Assembly (NCBI RefSeq): GCF_032062105.1
Contig: NW_026938995.1
Coordinates: 124,001 to 188,000, forward strand
Direction of reading: 5' to 3'
Length of the DNA: 64,000 nucleotides
Source of the DNA: Saccostrea cucullata
Taxonomy: Eukaryota
Positions 26,601-38,424 of the stretch are shown piece after piece. The notes beneath the pieces were generated by a model, which saw only the letters and a program-made list of their open reading frames with translations, made no database searches and was not told the origin of the DNA. The position numbers and the translations under genes were made by a program. Numbering within the stretch: the first letter of the stretch is position 1; each line of letters begins with the position of its first letter.

Positions 26601-28984
26601 TATATAGTGGAAAAGTGAGACTGAGATCAAGTTTTATGGCCCCCAGACCAGGTGCTATGGAGGAATGAGCATCCCCTTCCAACCGGTCACATCTGCCGCG
26701 TGCTCATTGTCATGATCGAGGAAATAACGGAAAAATCCGTCGTCAATTCGTTACAAGCGCCTAAAGCCCTCTGTTTTGGTCAAGAAAACCGAGTAATCTA
26801 TAGCGAAATTGGTATGAAACCAATGGCCTTACTATTGTTGTGGAACATATCGTTAACCAGAAGACCCAATACTAAGTGATAATCAAACAACAACAAAGAT
26901 TTAATGTCTGATGGTAATTCCTCAAAATTGAATTCTAAAATGGCACACAGTTTCATTAGGCATTAGAGATTCGCACAAATGATCTTTATTTATTGGAATT
27001 CTTAACTTATATTATATAGGGATTATATAATAAAAACTCCAAAACTGTGTTGTTTGTCTTCATAAATTGACATGTTGCACTGAAAGCTATTTAAAGAAAT
27101 TTTTAAATGAATTCCTCTTTGAAAAAAAGTTGACATATAAAAAAAGTATTTCAGCTTATAAGGGAGCACGATTAATTGCCATCGGTATTCCAAAATTTCA
27201 GAAAACCTTATCTCCAAAAACCATTGATATTTTCAGTGAGGAACTCCTACACCTTCAAAATACCGATATATGTGCTTGTTTGTAGAATCAGAATTATTTA
27301 TCTCCATATTTAATTTTAACAGAATTTATTTTGTTTATGACCCATCTGACAGATCTCGAGAGGGGAAGATTTAAGAGATTCTCACATTTTTAGTGAGGAA
27401 GCAGTTGTCTATTATGTCAAAAGTCTGTTTTTGATTCATTGCCAAAAAATAATAGTTATTTTAACCTTTTTAATGCTAAAAAAAAATCAGAGTGTAAAAG
27501 ATATTATAATTTTGAGGCTTTTATTTTTTAAATTATATAGAATGACAAATGTAAATGGTCAAGTTTCTCACCTTCCTGACACAGACTGAGGAGATGTCGA
27601 TGACTGTTATAACGTCTGTGTCTTTCTATCACATAAGAACAAGCATCACCTAAATAAGAAAACAAGACAATTAAATTCATGACTTAAAGATTAATCTGGT
27701 GTATGTAATGTATGAAGCAACCCACCTCTTTAGCTGGAAAAGGTGGTAGGGCGATATTAAGAAATGGTGTATTACAATATATATGCATTCTACGAAAGGA
27801 ATCTTAAAAGCCTATATATAAAAATGAAATAAATGGAGATAACGAACAGTATTCGAGCTCAAAAGTCCATAAAACAAAACAAAATATGAGCAGAGCAAAC
27901 ACGAAACTCAAAAACATCAAAGGTGGGATCAGGTGCCATGGAATAGTGAGCATCCCCTGCTCACCGGTCACACCCGTAGTGGGTTCCTTGTCACAGTTGG
28001 GAAATAACGGGAAAATCCGTCGTATTTCTGTGTGTAAATAAGGGACTAACAATTAGAATGAAAAATGTCAGTCATCATTTGACTTAATGATAAAATGAAT
28101 TTGTAAACAAGGTCATTGTATCGACCATAGAACTTACGAATTGATGACTTTAAACGAGACTGCTGATATCCTCGTCTCATCAACTTGTTTGTCAATAATT
28201 TACCTCGTTTCAGTTTGTGTCTTTTGCGTATCTGAGAGATATAAACCCCGTATGCAGGTGAAGGTATAATGCTGCATAAGTAAGGGAAGTTGACGATTGA
28301 AAAGTGAAAGTCAGCACGTGTATCATAGTGCTTGGTTGTTAGATTACCATTAACACCTTTTTCAAGTAAAATATCCAAATATGGAACAGATCGATGTGTC
28401 AGACTCTGTGGTATCTTTTACCTCAAGCTCATCGGGATATACATGTATTATCGAAATAAGAATGAAAGTAACCATTGTTAATTGACAATACGTCGTCGAT
28501 ATATATAAAGATATCAAAAATATATACAGAATCCTGAAGATGAAGTGTGATTCTGAGAGGCAGGGGATCTTCGATCTCTTATTCGGATGCATTGATAAAA
28601 AATCACATAGAACACATTAATATTTAAATAAGTCTTTTAAATCTTGCCTTGACATCCCAAGTCATAAATAAGGCCGTCCAACCAAAGACTCTCATGGTCC
28701 TTTACCGTCAATAGATTATAGTCCAAGGTATTTGGTATATCAGCTGCCAAATGTCTGTATCCATCACCCTTAAACACCTCTGTACAACTCGTATCTGCTA
28801 TATGCCAGGTCATCGGGTGCGGAGTCACCAACATCTGGACATTGCCACATGACGCTAACAAAACAGAGAGCCATTGGCTGTGTAGAACATTTTAAAAAAT
28901 AATCTTAATTTTGAAATGAAGAAATAATTTTGAATGCATACCGACTTGTAGAAAGAAGAATATAATCCAAAATCCACATTTCAT
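23677..28984 (-). CDS. Uncharacterised type-I transmembrane receptor-like protein, copy A (~548 aa): signal peptide, two C-type-lectin-like modules, TM helix, Ser/Pro/Arg-rich tail
   Basis: Nine phase-consistent exons: 28942-28984 (MKCGFWIIFFFLQV), 28648-28854 (MTWHIADTSC..LWLDG; GC donor), 27572-27649, 26174-26317, 25740-25841 (KCQMV..SCNEFHKALCE), 25078-25200, 24834-24933 (TM: IIWTIVSVTVALLSLSLCIGGLIYC), 23853-24634, 23677-23744 (..KRMFSIDLK*). Total 1647 nt, no internal stop. The exon layout is the same as copy B. Confidence 0.8.
26430..26830 (-). mobile_element. Terminal fragment of the Penelope-like family (non-coding end), interrupted by a MITE
   Basis: GATAACGAACA..AGCTCAAAAGTCCATAAAACAA..GAGCAAAC..GGTGGGATCAGGTGC..GAGCATCCCC..ACCGGTCACA matches 27836-27975. 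Confidence 0.65.
26536..26648. mobile_element. ~115-bp MITE, PIF/Harbinger-like (3-bp CAG TSD)
   Basis: TIRs GCCTGGGGGCCATAAAAC / GTTTTATGGCCCCCAGAC, flanked by CAG...CAG. The empty site GGGATCAGGTGC is seen at ~27925. Related copies at 35615 and 43991. Confidence 0.8.
27830..28510 (-). mobile_element. Penelope-like retroelement RT C-terminal fragment (in intron 2 of receptor copy A)
   Basis: YIDDV, YPDELEVKDTTES and TTKHYDTRADFHFSIVNFPYLCSIIPSPAYGVYISQ..KLLTNKLMRRGYQQSRLKSSIRKFYGRY, a PLE-type RT/thumb signature. Frameshifted. Confidence 0.75.
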
Positions 28985-29639
28985 GTTGAAACCCCCTCGA
29001 ATGTCGTCCTATAAAGTGTTGAGGAATAAAACTATATAAACACATGATGATTAGGGAAACAGAGTTAAATTTGATAAGGAAGTTATGTTTTATTTTATGT
29101 GAATAGTTGTCATCTACGTATATAAGTCCAAAGCATCAACTCTGTATATATATAGTTTTATAGGATTCTGGTACTTGACATTTTAAAGAAGTATTGAACA
29201 TAACAGGGGTATTTGTTAAGTAAGACATTATACATGTAATATTTACTTTATCAGACAGTATCATCAACTTGGCATTTTGTGCGAGTACACGTTTGTCTCA
29301 GTGGGTTTTTTTTAAAACATAAAGAATATGGCACACAAGGTATTTGCAGACAAAGCATAAGAAAAAGTATGTTATGAACACACAAATAATTATAATTTTC
29401 TGACTCACAGAAATTATTTTTTTTAATCAAACTTCCTTATTAAACAAATACTTATCGGGGACATTGATTTTTATAACAACTCTTAGAAAATATGTATCAC
29501 TGCCATTTTTTTGAATCTTGAACACATAAAGGATGATTTTAAAAGATGCTTGGTTTTCTGGTAGACAATATCTACATAGATTAGAAATTCAAGTTTTCCA
29601 AAACTAAATTCTAATGGTTACCATTTAATCCCATTATTA

Positions 29640-30750
29640 TATATTAGACGTATGTTTGCATTAATATAAAGCAGAATATATTCAAAAACTTTTGCAAGAA
29701 ATAAATGATACTCCAGCCGTCGCCTTCAACTCAAGCTTTAGATATATTGAGGAAGTTTTATTAATTAACAATATTAATTTTTACTTGGTTCGATACTGTA
29801 GTTTATCTCTTTGAACTCGAATTCAGAGGCAACCCAGAGTCTAACACATCTCTTTCAAATTTGGATATTCCTTAACAAGAAAATACTATAGTTAACAATA
29901 AATTACTGTAGTTAACTATAGTGAACCCTATGAAAACTTTGATTTACTATATTGAACACTTTTACACTTTGATTTACTATAGTGATAACTTTAAATCTTT
30001 GATTTACATTAGTGATAACAATGAAAACTGTGATTTACCATGGTGATCACTATGGCAACTTTGATTTACTATGGAAAAACTTGATTTACTACGATGATAA
30101 GTTTGAAAACTTTGATTTACTATAATGATAAATTTGACACGATAGTGATCACTTTGAAAACTTTGATCTGCTATAGTGAACACTTTGACACTATAATGAA
30201 AATTTTGAAAACTTTGATTTACTATAGTGATAAATTTTACACTTTGATTTACTATAGTAAACTATAGTAAACAATAGTAAACTATTATTTAGTTTTTTTC
30301 TTGTATTAATTCATTAATGTTAACCTAATGATGAAAATGATGAAAACAATTGTATTCGACAACTCACGTATTTTAAATTTTGAATATTCAATTTATTTTG
30401 TTGCAATATACCATTATCACCAGCATTTTGAGTTCATGTGTTTCAGATAATTCGCTACAAAGATACACGCTCTCCATACGAACATTTTCTAAAACGAGAC
30501 AAACTATTGACAAATACGTTCATGATACAAGAACATCAAAACCCAAGTTTAGAGTCGGGATTCTGCAAATACTATGGTCGATATAAACACCATGTCAGCA
30601 ATGACACTCTATTATTAAGTGAAATGTTATCTAGCGTTTTATTACTTATTGCTTAATCATTTTTGTCATTCTTAATTGTATATGGATATTCCATTTGTCC
30701 CTTCATGATAAGGAACATACACAATCTTTGACCACTTGGTAATACTTTTG
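29640..30750 (+). mobile_element. Decayed Penelope-like RT fragment, split by a satellite-bearing insertion
   Basis: TTCAACTCAAGCTTTAGATATATTGAG (FRYID-like), then after 30300 ..FLKRDKLLTNTFMIQ..LESGFCKYYGRY, homologous to 28046-28378. Confidence 0.6.
29876..30305. repeat. Minisatellite array (~20-30 bp units, core ACTTTGATTTACTATAGTGATAA) with short inverted ends
   Basis: About 10 copies of TTGATTTACTA. The ends ACAAGAAAA.. and ..TTTTCTTGT are inverted, and ACTATAGT palindromes occur near both ends. Confidence 0.75.
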
Positions 30751-31265
30751 TTAATGCATCATGTAAACTACTTTTGTTTTCAGAATTTCTAACTTATAAA
30801 TATTGTTCACATGAAAGGAAAACTCATAGAATATTGCATTAATTTAAATACTAAAAGGGAAATAAATGTGGAAATTTCACATGATTTTATACTTTCGCCT
30901 CATTTTTTGAAAGAGAAACGGAAACACACAATTTACAAAAAAAGATATCAATAAGATTTGAAGAACATGTACACAAGCCGATACTTATTTGAATTTAAAC
31001 TTATCGCTTAACACTGAGATAAAGTTCCCTTAATTGAAGTACGTACAGAGTCAAATAATTTACTAAAAACATTTGGTTGTTATCAAATTATTACAGTATG
31101 ATGAGACTATTCATGTGAATATTTTACTCCGTTTCACAACCGTCTGATTTATTGAAAACCCATAATTTTGGATTTACAGGACAGAAAAAAATATTTGAAA
31201 AAAAATAAAAGCGTTTATATGAGGTTTAATTCTGCATTTTTCTGATACTAAACCTGATATTTTCA

Positions 31266-31341
31266 TAGGCAATTCAGTCACATATGATCCACATATATGC
31301 ATTGCCTTTCATATGAGGATCATATGTGGCGAAGTTGCCTG
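31266..31341. repeat. ~75-bp imperfect inverted repeat (mini-MITE or hairpin)
   Basis: Left arm AGGCAATTCAGTCACATATGATCCACATAT; reverse complement of the right arm AGGCAACTTCGCCACATATGATCCTCATAT. Confidence 0.65.
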
Positions 31342-32042
31342 TATACATTTCAAACATGTTAAATTATGATATGTGCATTTTAATTATTTTTTTTCTCAAA
31401 TTGAAAACAATAACAAAATATGTGCTTTTTAAATACAATCTCATTAAAAAATATCTTTTGAATGCACTCGATGATCCTTTCTGTAGATGACATATAAAAT
31501 ATCAAAATCGTTGTGATGGGAAGGGATTTATTCCCTTTTACTTTAGAAGTCTTTGATATCAGATACAACACATGACTGTTCACTACTATTACACAAATGT
31601 AAATTATTGGTTAATTATCAAAATAAAAACATATCTTTTTTTAAATATGTTTATTCGTTTCCCTTGAAAATCTTAATTTTTGGATATTTGTTGGAATTAT
31701 AGTGATATTTCTTTCTTTCTTGATTTTCGGACTTCACTGTTTGAATACACATACGGTTTTTTGACGAGAGTAAGAACTGATATAAACGATCATTTATGAT
31801 ATAAATGAAAGATGGTCCTCTGCAGGATCAGATCACGTGTAGGATCAGATCACGTGTATGTTATCAATCTTTTGGAGGACCACACTATACCAATAATCTT
31901 TACTAGGGTAGGTTTTCTTATTTACTAATTTTATGAGCATGTATCTTAAAAGAATCTACGAGAACACACTTTTACAGAGAATTCGAGTCTTCATCTTCCA
32001 TTTCAAATTACTTCGCAGTTAGCGTCGGTATTTCTTGTTCCA

Positions 32043-35000
32043 TTACTTTAAATCAACTGAAAACATCCTTTTAACCATTCTGAAGCCGCTTGACGTTTGT
32101 ATCCGATCCACTGCAAAAACAAGATATTGTTAGTGCCTTCAGATGTAAATTGCTTGCATTTCTCTCTATTTTATTTTCTTTCTATTCTCAATTGATTCTT
32201 TTATTGTACTGTCAAACATTGCTTTTCATTTTTTCTACCAAATTGTGATTAAATATGTATTAGGGGAGTATATACCGGTATTTGTATACATATATATTAC
32301 ATCTCTTTATTATTAAGTATTTTATCGTGCTGTTGCTTTATCCGGATACAAAGAAGACTAATATCGTTGCTCAAAAGCATGACAGATAATATTTATGAAA
32401 TAGATATTACTCAGCAAGAGGAACACAACTTTATTTATAATTTGAGTGTTAAAAAAATTACTACCTAATTTGTGTTTTCTGAGTAAATTGTTAGATCCTC
32501 CGCTCTCGTGTCCAGTTTCAGTTGAGGGTCCTGGTGTTGCTATCTGACCAGTATCAAAATATTCTTCTTCCACCTTGTGGCGAGACTTCTTTGATAAACC
32601 ATGATGATGGCTTCTTTTGGAACGATGTGATCGGTGCGACCTCATAGAGTTTGTATCATTTGTGTCTCTTGATGATCGTTGTGATCTTAAGGAAGACGAA
32701 TCATTTGTATCAAGTGAAACATTTCTCTCTGCTAACCTCGATGAAGGTTGTGTGTATGCAGAGTGCACTGAGGAACAACTCGTGCAGTTTGAGGACGTTC
32801 GTTGAAAATCACGCCTTCTTCTGTGTCTTCTGCAAGATGAACAGTAAAGTCGTCCAGATGTTGAACCGGACGTTGAAGCAGCTGGTGCACTTGGCTGAAT
32901 TTCAATCCTAGGAGCCTCTGACGGGGCTACACTTGGTGGAGTCTCATATGAAAAATTTCTGTAATAACGAACATCGTCCACATACGATGAAGATGTATCT
33001 GCTGATGATAGAGTAGATGACGCTAGTGTCTGTACACTGTCGACTCTTGGTGGAGATGTAGGGTTTCTGGTTGTCGGTGCAGTTGGTGTGGGGTTTCTAA
33101 CTACGGATTGAGATGTCGGAAGCAGATGGTTTGCTGGCTCAGATATAGGTGAGTTTGGGTCGGTTGGGATACGAATAGTATAACGATTTCCTCCACCCCG
33201 TGGACGCATAAATATGGTGTCATAAACACTGTCCATTTTTATATTCTTTCTATAAATGATTTTAATTTATTTAAATGTTGTTTTTTACAGAGATATTATG
33301 TTTATATCAACAACAAAACAAAGAATTTGCGAATGCATATTTGCAATAAATACATGTAATTTGTTCTTTTTTGCAAAATACAGATTTTAATAACCTTTCT
33401 ATGAGATAACATTCATTATTATGTTATTCACTTAGCAGTTAATTTTCAATCATTTCTGTACTGCTAAACAAATTACCTTTTGCAGAAAATTATGCCTCCT
33501 ATGCAGACAGAAAATGCCATTACGACCACAGCAATAGATAAACTTGTCCAGATTATTTCCTGAAACCCTGTGGAATCTGTTGAATCTATTGAGTACGTGT
33601 AGAAATTTCACGTACAAAAAGTAAGTCATTATTTTTTTTATTATTGAATTAACTGAATACTTTTTTTTTTATTAAATTTATTAAATTATTCATGACTAAA
33701 TCAATAATGCTTTCAATATTAGCTGGTAAAGAGAAGGTTTGTAGCATATAACTAAGTTTCTTTTCTATATTAATTTTTACTATCATACCCTCTTCTCTGT
33801 CTTTCATTGAATTCCATGACTCAGCAGAATGTGGAGTAAAAATGATTTGGTATTCCCTTTTAATTTCTCTATATTCAACTGTGGAAACCATTATCGAATA
33901 ACTTGTATCTGTTAAGAAATCAAATAATAACGAAAATGTTAAAATAACCTCTCACGAAAATGAGTGATATCATAGTGCTCTTTTATTAAGTTTTGAATAA
34001 TACCTTAAAATCACACAGCCCATGAACATGTAGTTTTCAAAATATTGATTTTGAAGCTAAAAAAGATAACCTTTGAATAATATGAGTAATACAATATATG
34101 GTAAGAGTGTATTACACACAACTTTATTTTACATCCCATGTTATGAAAAGGCACGGAAAATATATAATAAATCAAATAGCTACCGTATAATCCCTATTAA
34201 CCGCCCTGGGCGCTTAGAAAATTGCGATAAGAGGGCGGTTATTTTGGTATATTTAATGTCATATTTTAACTTCAAAAAATCTTTTTAAAAAATAAATAAA
34301 TTCAAAGAACAACTACATTAATGTCTAACTCTACTTTAAGTGAAGATAATCCAACCAAATTATGCTTAATGATTCATTTTCCATCGAGAAATTTAATAAT
34401 AGACAAGTTTCATTTTCACTAATTCTTCAAATTTTGGCAGACTTTTGATATGATTCTAGATGATTTTAATCACTGTACAGGGGGCCCTTATTTCTTGACA
34501 ATTGAAAAAGCCCTTAGGGGCGCTTATAGGGGCAGGGGCGGTTAATAGGGATTAAACGGTATTTCTCAGAGAAATTGTGTCAGGCTTACCATGCTCACAA
34601 AGGGCTTTGTGGAATTCGTTACATTTTGTGTACATCCTCCGAAATTCTTGTCCATGCTTCCTTGCCATTGTGCATTTGACTTCTGTTGAATCTTTGAAAG
34701 AAAATGTATGTAATTATAATCTACATGTAGATATATTAAAATACAGTATTAAATTACAATATACACTAAAGCAAAGGCACGAAGGGTTGTCCATTTGACT
34801 TTTTGATTATTATTTCGATTTTTTTAAAAATCTAATTAATCCGTATGAAGAATATTGTATAGAAACTTGTCAAAACTACTATAAATATGGTTTATAAATA
34901 GGTTAATAAACTTGAAATTTGATTTGCTTATTTTAATCAGGAAAGGAAGATTCACAGCCTTTTAAAGATGAAAATATTCATATGTATATTTACTTAAAGC

Positions 35001-37123
35001 AATGCTGTTGACGATAAATTCTTCTCCGGCTAAAAATCTTGAGATTTCCTGTCGTAATTTCCCAATCATAGAATAAGTGACGTTGAGAATATTGCTGTTC
35101 CATCCACAGTATTTTCGTATAGTTACTTCTCCGTTCGCTATAATTAAGAAAGGAGATAAATAATCTAGAAGGTTCCATGATGCCTCTCAGGTTGATAATG
35201 CTTCCTGGTGGTTGGTACTTTTTTTGTTGATTTTATATTTTAACATTGAAAAAACGGTTTTCTAAATATTATAATTTCATCAAGCATTAGTGATTAAAGT
35301 GCTTGTCAGATTTCTCACCATCTTGACAAAGATAGGGTAGATCATCGTGGCTGAGGAATCGTCGATGTCTTTCTATTACATGAGAACATATTCCATCTAA
35401 AGCAAAGGAAAAAAAAACACTCTGGAATTGTTATATTAATGTTTATAGTTTCATTAATATAAATAAATGCCTTACAGTGAAAAGAAAAGTAAATATACCT
35501 ACTTTTTAAATCTTTTAACACGTAAAGAAACAGGCATATTGTATAGAGCAATTTATCGATTGCATTTGTGTGGATTGTAAGTCACAATGATATTTTTATT
35601 GTAAATCAGTGCAAGCCTGGGGACCATAACTCTTAGACGAGCTCACTTATGATCTCTGTCACGCTTTTCCACTATATATTCCTTTGATGGAAGTGTGACT
35701 GAGATCAAAATTGAGCTCGTATGAGTTTCACGGCCCCAGGCCAGAGATCATACTCTGTAATTCTTGCCTCTACATCCCAGGTCATAAGCAATATTGTCAA
35801 GCCAGAAACTCTCGTAGTCCTTTATCACCTGAAGGCTATAGAACATGGTCGTGTCTGGTATATCACCCGCCAGATGCCTGTACCCGGTCCCATTAAATTT
35901 CTTGTGACAAATCTTGTCCGCATCATGCCACACCATTGGGTGCTCTGTTGTCAACATTTGTGTTTTTCCGAATGACACTGACAAAAAGTATCAATGACGT
36001 AAAAAGGTATTGAAGCAAATTTTAAAGGTATGAATTGCAGTTATATTTTTGTTTTTCTAATGAGTATCATTTTAAGTTTACCAAATAAAACATTGTACAG
36101 TAAAATTTGTCTAATCCGGACTCTGAGTACTCCGGACTTTTGTCCATTCCGTCTATAAAATTTAGTCCCATGCACTTCTTTAACAAAATCATTAGGAAAA
36201 ATTCTGTGTAGTCCGGATACTGTCTATTCTGTATTCCGAACGGCCATACTGGTCCCAACTGCTCATAATTAACGGTAATTATTCCCTCTAATCCGGCCGC
36301 ACCCGAGTTACTTCAAAGCAATTAACACGTTTCGTGCTGGATGTGATAATCCGTGTTTACATTAGCATGATTAGTGCCATGAGACGAAAGTGAAATGCGG
36401 CGGTGACACAGTCCACTTAAAATATTTTATATGATTAAATTACAATTTTAATAAAATTAACCTTGTTTTAAATTCCTTTTACCACAGTATAACATAAACA
36501 CAAAATACGCGATTTACAAATCAAAATATAAATCGGGATCGAAAATTGAACGCATTTCAAAATGGCGCCATAACAGTGTGGGAAGACGTAATTTTTTACA
36601 TAAAAAATAAAAGTAAAATCTAATAATGTAATTAGCACATCGTTAATAATTGTGCATTACTGTTAATACCCCGGTACATTGAATGAGTTCTTTGACAAGC
36701 GAAACCCGGACCGCTTAATACATAGTAGGCCTATATTATGCGTGCATGTATATTTTGATTGAAGTAACATTTCACCAGACTTTCAAACTTCGTGAACAAA
36801 TAAGAAAATACAGTAAGTCATGTGAGGCTATTTTATAATTTCTAGACTCCAAAATATTGATTGATTTCTTCATTTAATTTTATTAATAATATGTATATGA
36901 TGTACTTGTAAATAAACAATGAAAATTTTCGAAATTGATAATTTCCTGGATTTTTCCTGCACTCCGGATTCTGTCTAATCCGGCCAAATTTTATGGAACC
37001 GGCGGTAGCCGGATTGGACAAATTATACTGTATATGTATATATTTCTTGACTATCAGCATAAATTAATAACAATACTCACCCATGGGTAGGAGTGCAATT
37101 GTTATCCAAAATATCACTTTCAT
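32043..37123 (-). CDS. Uncharacterised type-I transmembrane receptor-like protein, copy B (~549 aa)
   Basis: Nine exons: 37081-37123 (MKVIFWITIALLPM), 35768-35977 (MVWHDADKIC..FWLDN; GC donor), 35319-35396, 34994-35137, 34590-34691, 33789-33908, 33477-33576 (TM: IIWTSLSIAVVVMAFSVCIGGIIFC), 32465-33249, 32043-32110 (..KRMFSVDLK*). Total 1650 nt, open frame. Confidence 0.8.
34183..34559. mobile_element. Tc1/mariner-pogo-type MITE (TA TSD)
   Basis: 24-bp TIRs CCGTATAATCCCTATTAACCGCCC / GGGCGGTTAATAGGGATTAAACGG (1 mismatch), with TA on both sides. Confidence 0.85.
35615..35741. mobile_element. PIF/Harbinger-like MITE (same family as 26536)
   Basis: GCCTGGGGACCATAA..CTTAGACGAGCTCAC..GATCTC..GAGATCAAAATTGAGCTCGT..GGCCCCAGGC, with flanks CAA/CAG. 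Confidence 0.8.
36098..37030. mobile_element. Non-autonomous pogo/Tigger-like DNA transposon (TA TSD)
   Basis: TIRs CAGTAAAATTTGTCTAATCCGG / CCGGATTGGACAAATTATACTG, TA flanks, subterminal TCCGG repeats and no transposase ORF. Confidence 0.85.
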
Positions 37124-38424
37124 CTTTGATCTTAAAGAATTAACTATGAACAAAAATCCAACGACATAAGCTATTTGGGGAAACAGAGTTTATCTAAATA
37201 AGGAAGTTAGACTGTTAATTGATTTGCCAGTATATGACACACAATGCGAACCAACACTATTTTTAGAACAGGAATGAACCTTTCCTGAAAAAGAAAGAAA
37301 TTCTCAGATGAAAGGCCTCAGAATATCTTTTTATGAAAATAGTTTTTGTATATCACTGTGGAATTACCGTTTCTACCATGATCTGTGTACATATAAGTAC
37401 CCAAACAGTACGAGAATTAAATGTTTCCTTTTGATTTTGAATGAAAGGCATTAGTAATATAATTGGAATGGTTTGAGGCCTCAAACCGAAAAAAAACTAG
37501 AACTTATAGACATGACATTAACTTTATAACAAAGGCTGCTTAGTATATCCAATATACACAAGATATTAATATTTTTAAAGTAAAAATTATTTGAAGATCT
37601 TTTTTATTTCTGTTAAAAAATCGTTTCAATCAGATAATTTTCGAGTTATTTTGATAATGCTACATACTTACCAAATTCTTTATATTTTTATAGATACTCC
37701 TGTTAACGTTCGTCTTTGTCAGGCATCTAAAAATAGGTGGCCGCCATTACTATTTGTGGGGGGGGGGGTTGAAGGGGGGGATATTTTGAACTAAATTCAG
37801 TGGAAATTTATACATGATTATGGACCAACTCAAAGTCAATAAATTGTCACCAAACATCACCTTGCATCAACTTTTTTTTTTTAGAAACCTTTGTTTGGTC
37901 AACACAGATTAACTGTTTACCTTGTTTTTAATCGATAATCATAGTGTTCTTCAATTCTCTTTTTTTGTAATACCGGTAATTGATTACAACCATCGTTTAG
38001 ATTCCTATGCTTTAAAGTTGAATAATACTTACGATGAAACTTGAAAACCGGTACAATTTTTTACACTTTTATTGTATTTGGTATTTATCTAAGCTCGACG
38101 GCTTTGTTGTTGTTGATCAATCATTTATTACATTGCCCCGGTTATCTTTTCAGAGGGAGAAGATGAATAAACAAAGGAAGGTAATCATTGTGAATTTGAG
38201 TTTAATTGTATATCCATTGACGTAGTTCTTGAGGATGCTGTTCCACATGGTAGTATAAATGTACTCTCGAAAGAGTTGTTACTTTAAATTGTCGTTATAT
38301 ACAGGTATTGTATATTTATGTGCTACAATAACAATATCAAGTAATGCAATATCACTTCATCTTAAAAAAATGTTTGTAACCGTTTATTTAAATTAAGAAC
38401 ATAGGTAGCACTCTCTACATGTTG

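Noticed and set aside
29900-30290. Regularly spaced short repeats resembling a CRISPR array
   Set aside because: The units are degenerate tandem copies without unique spacers, there are no cas genes, and the context is eukaryotic.
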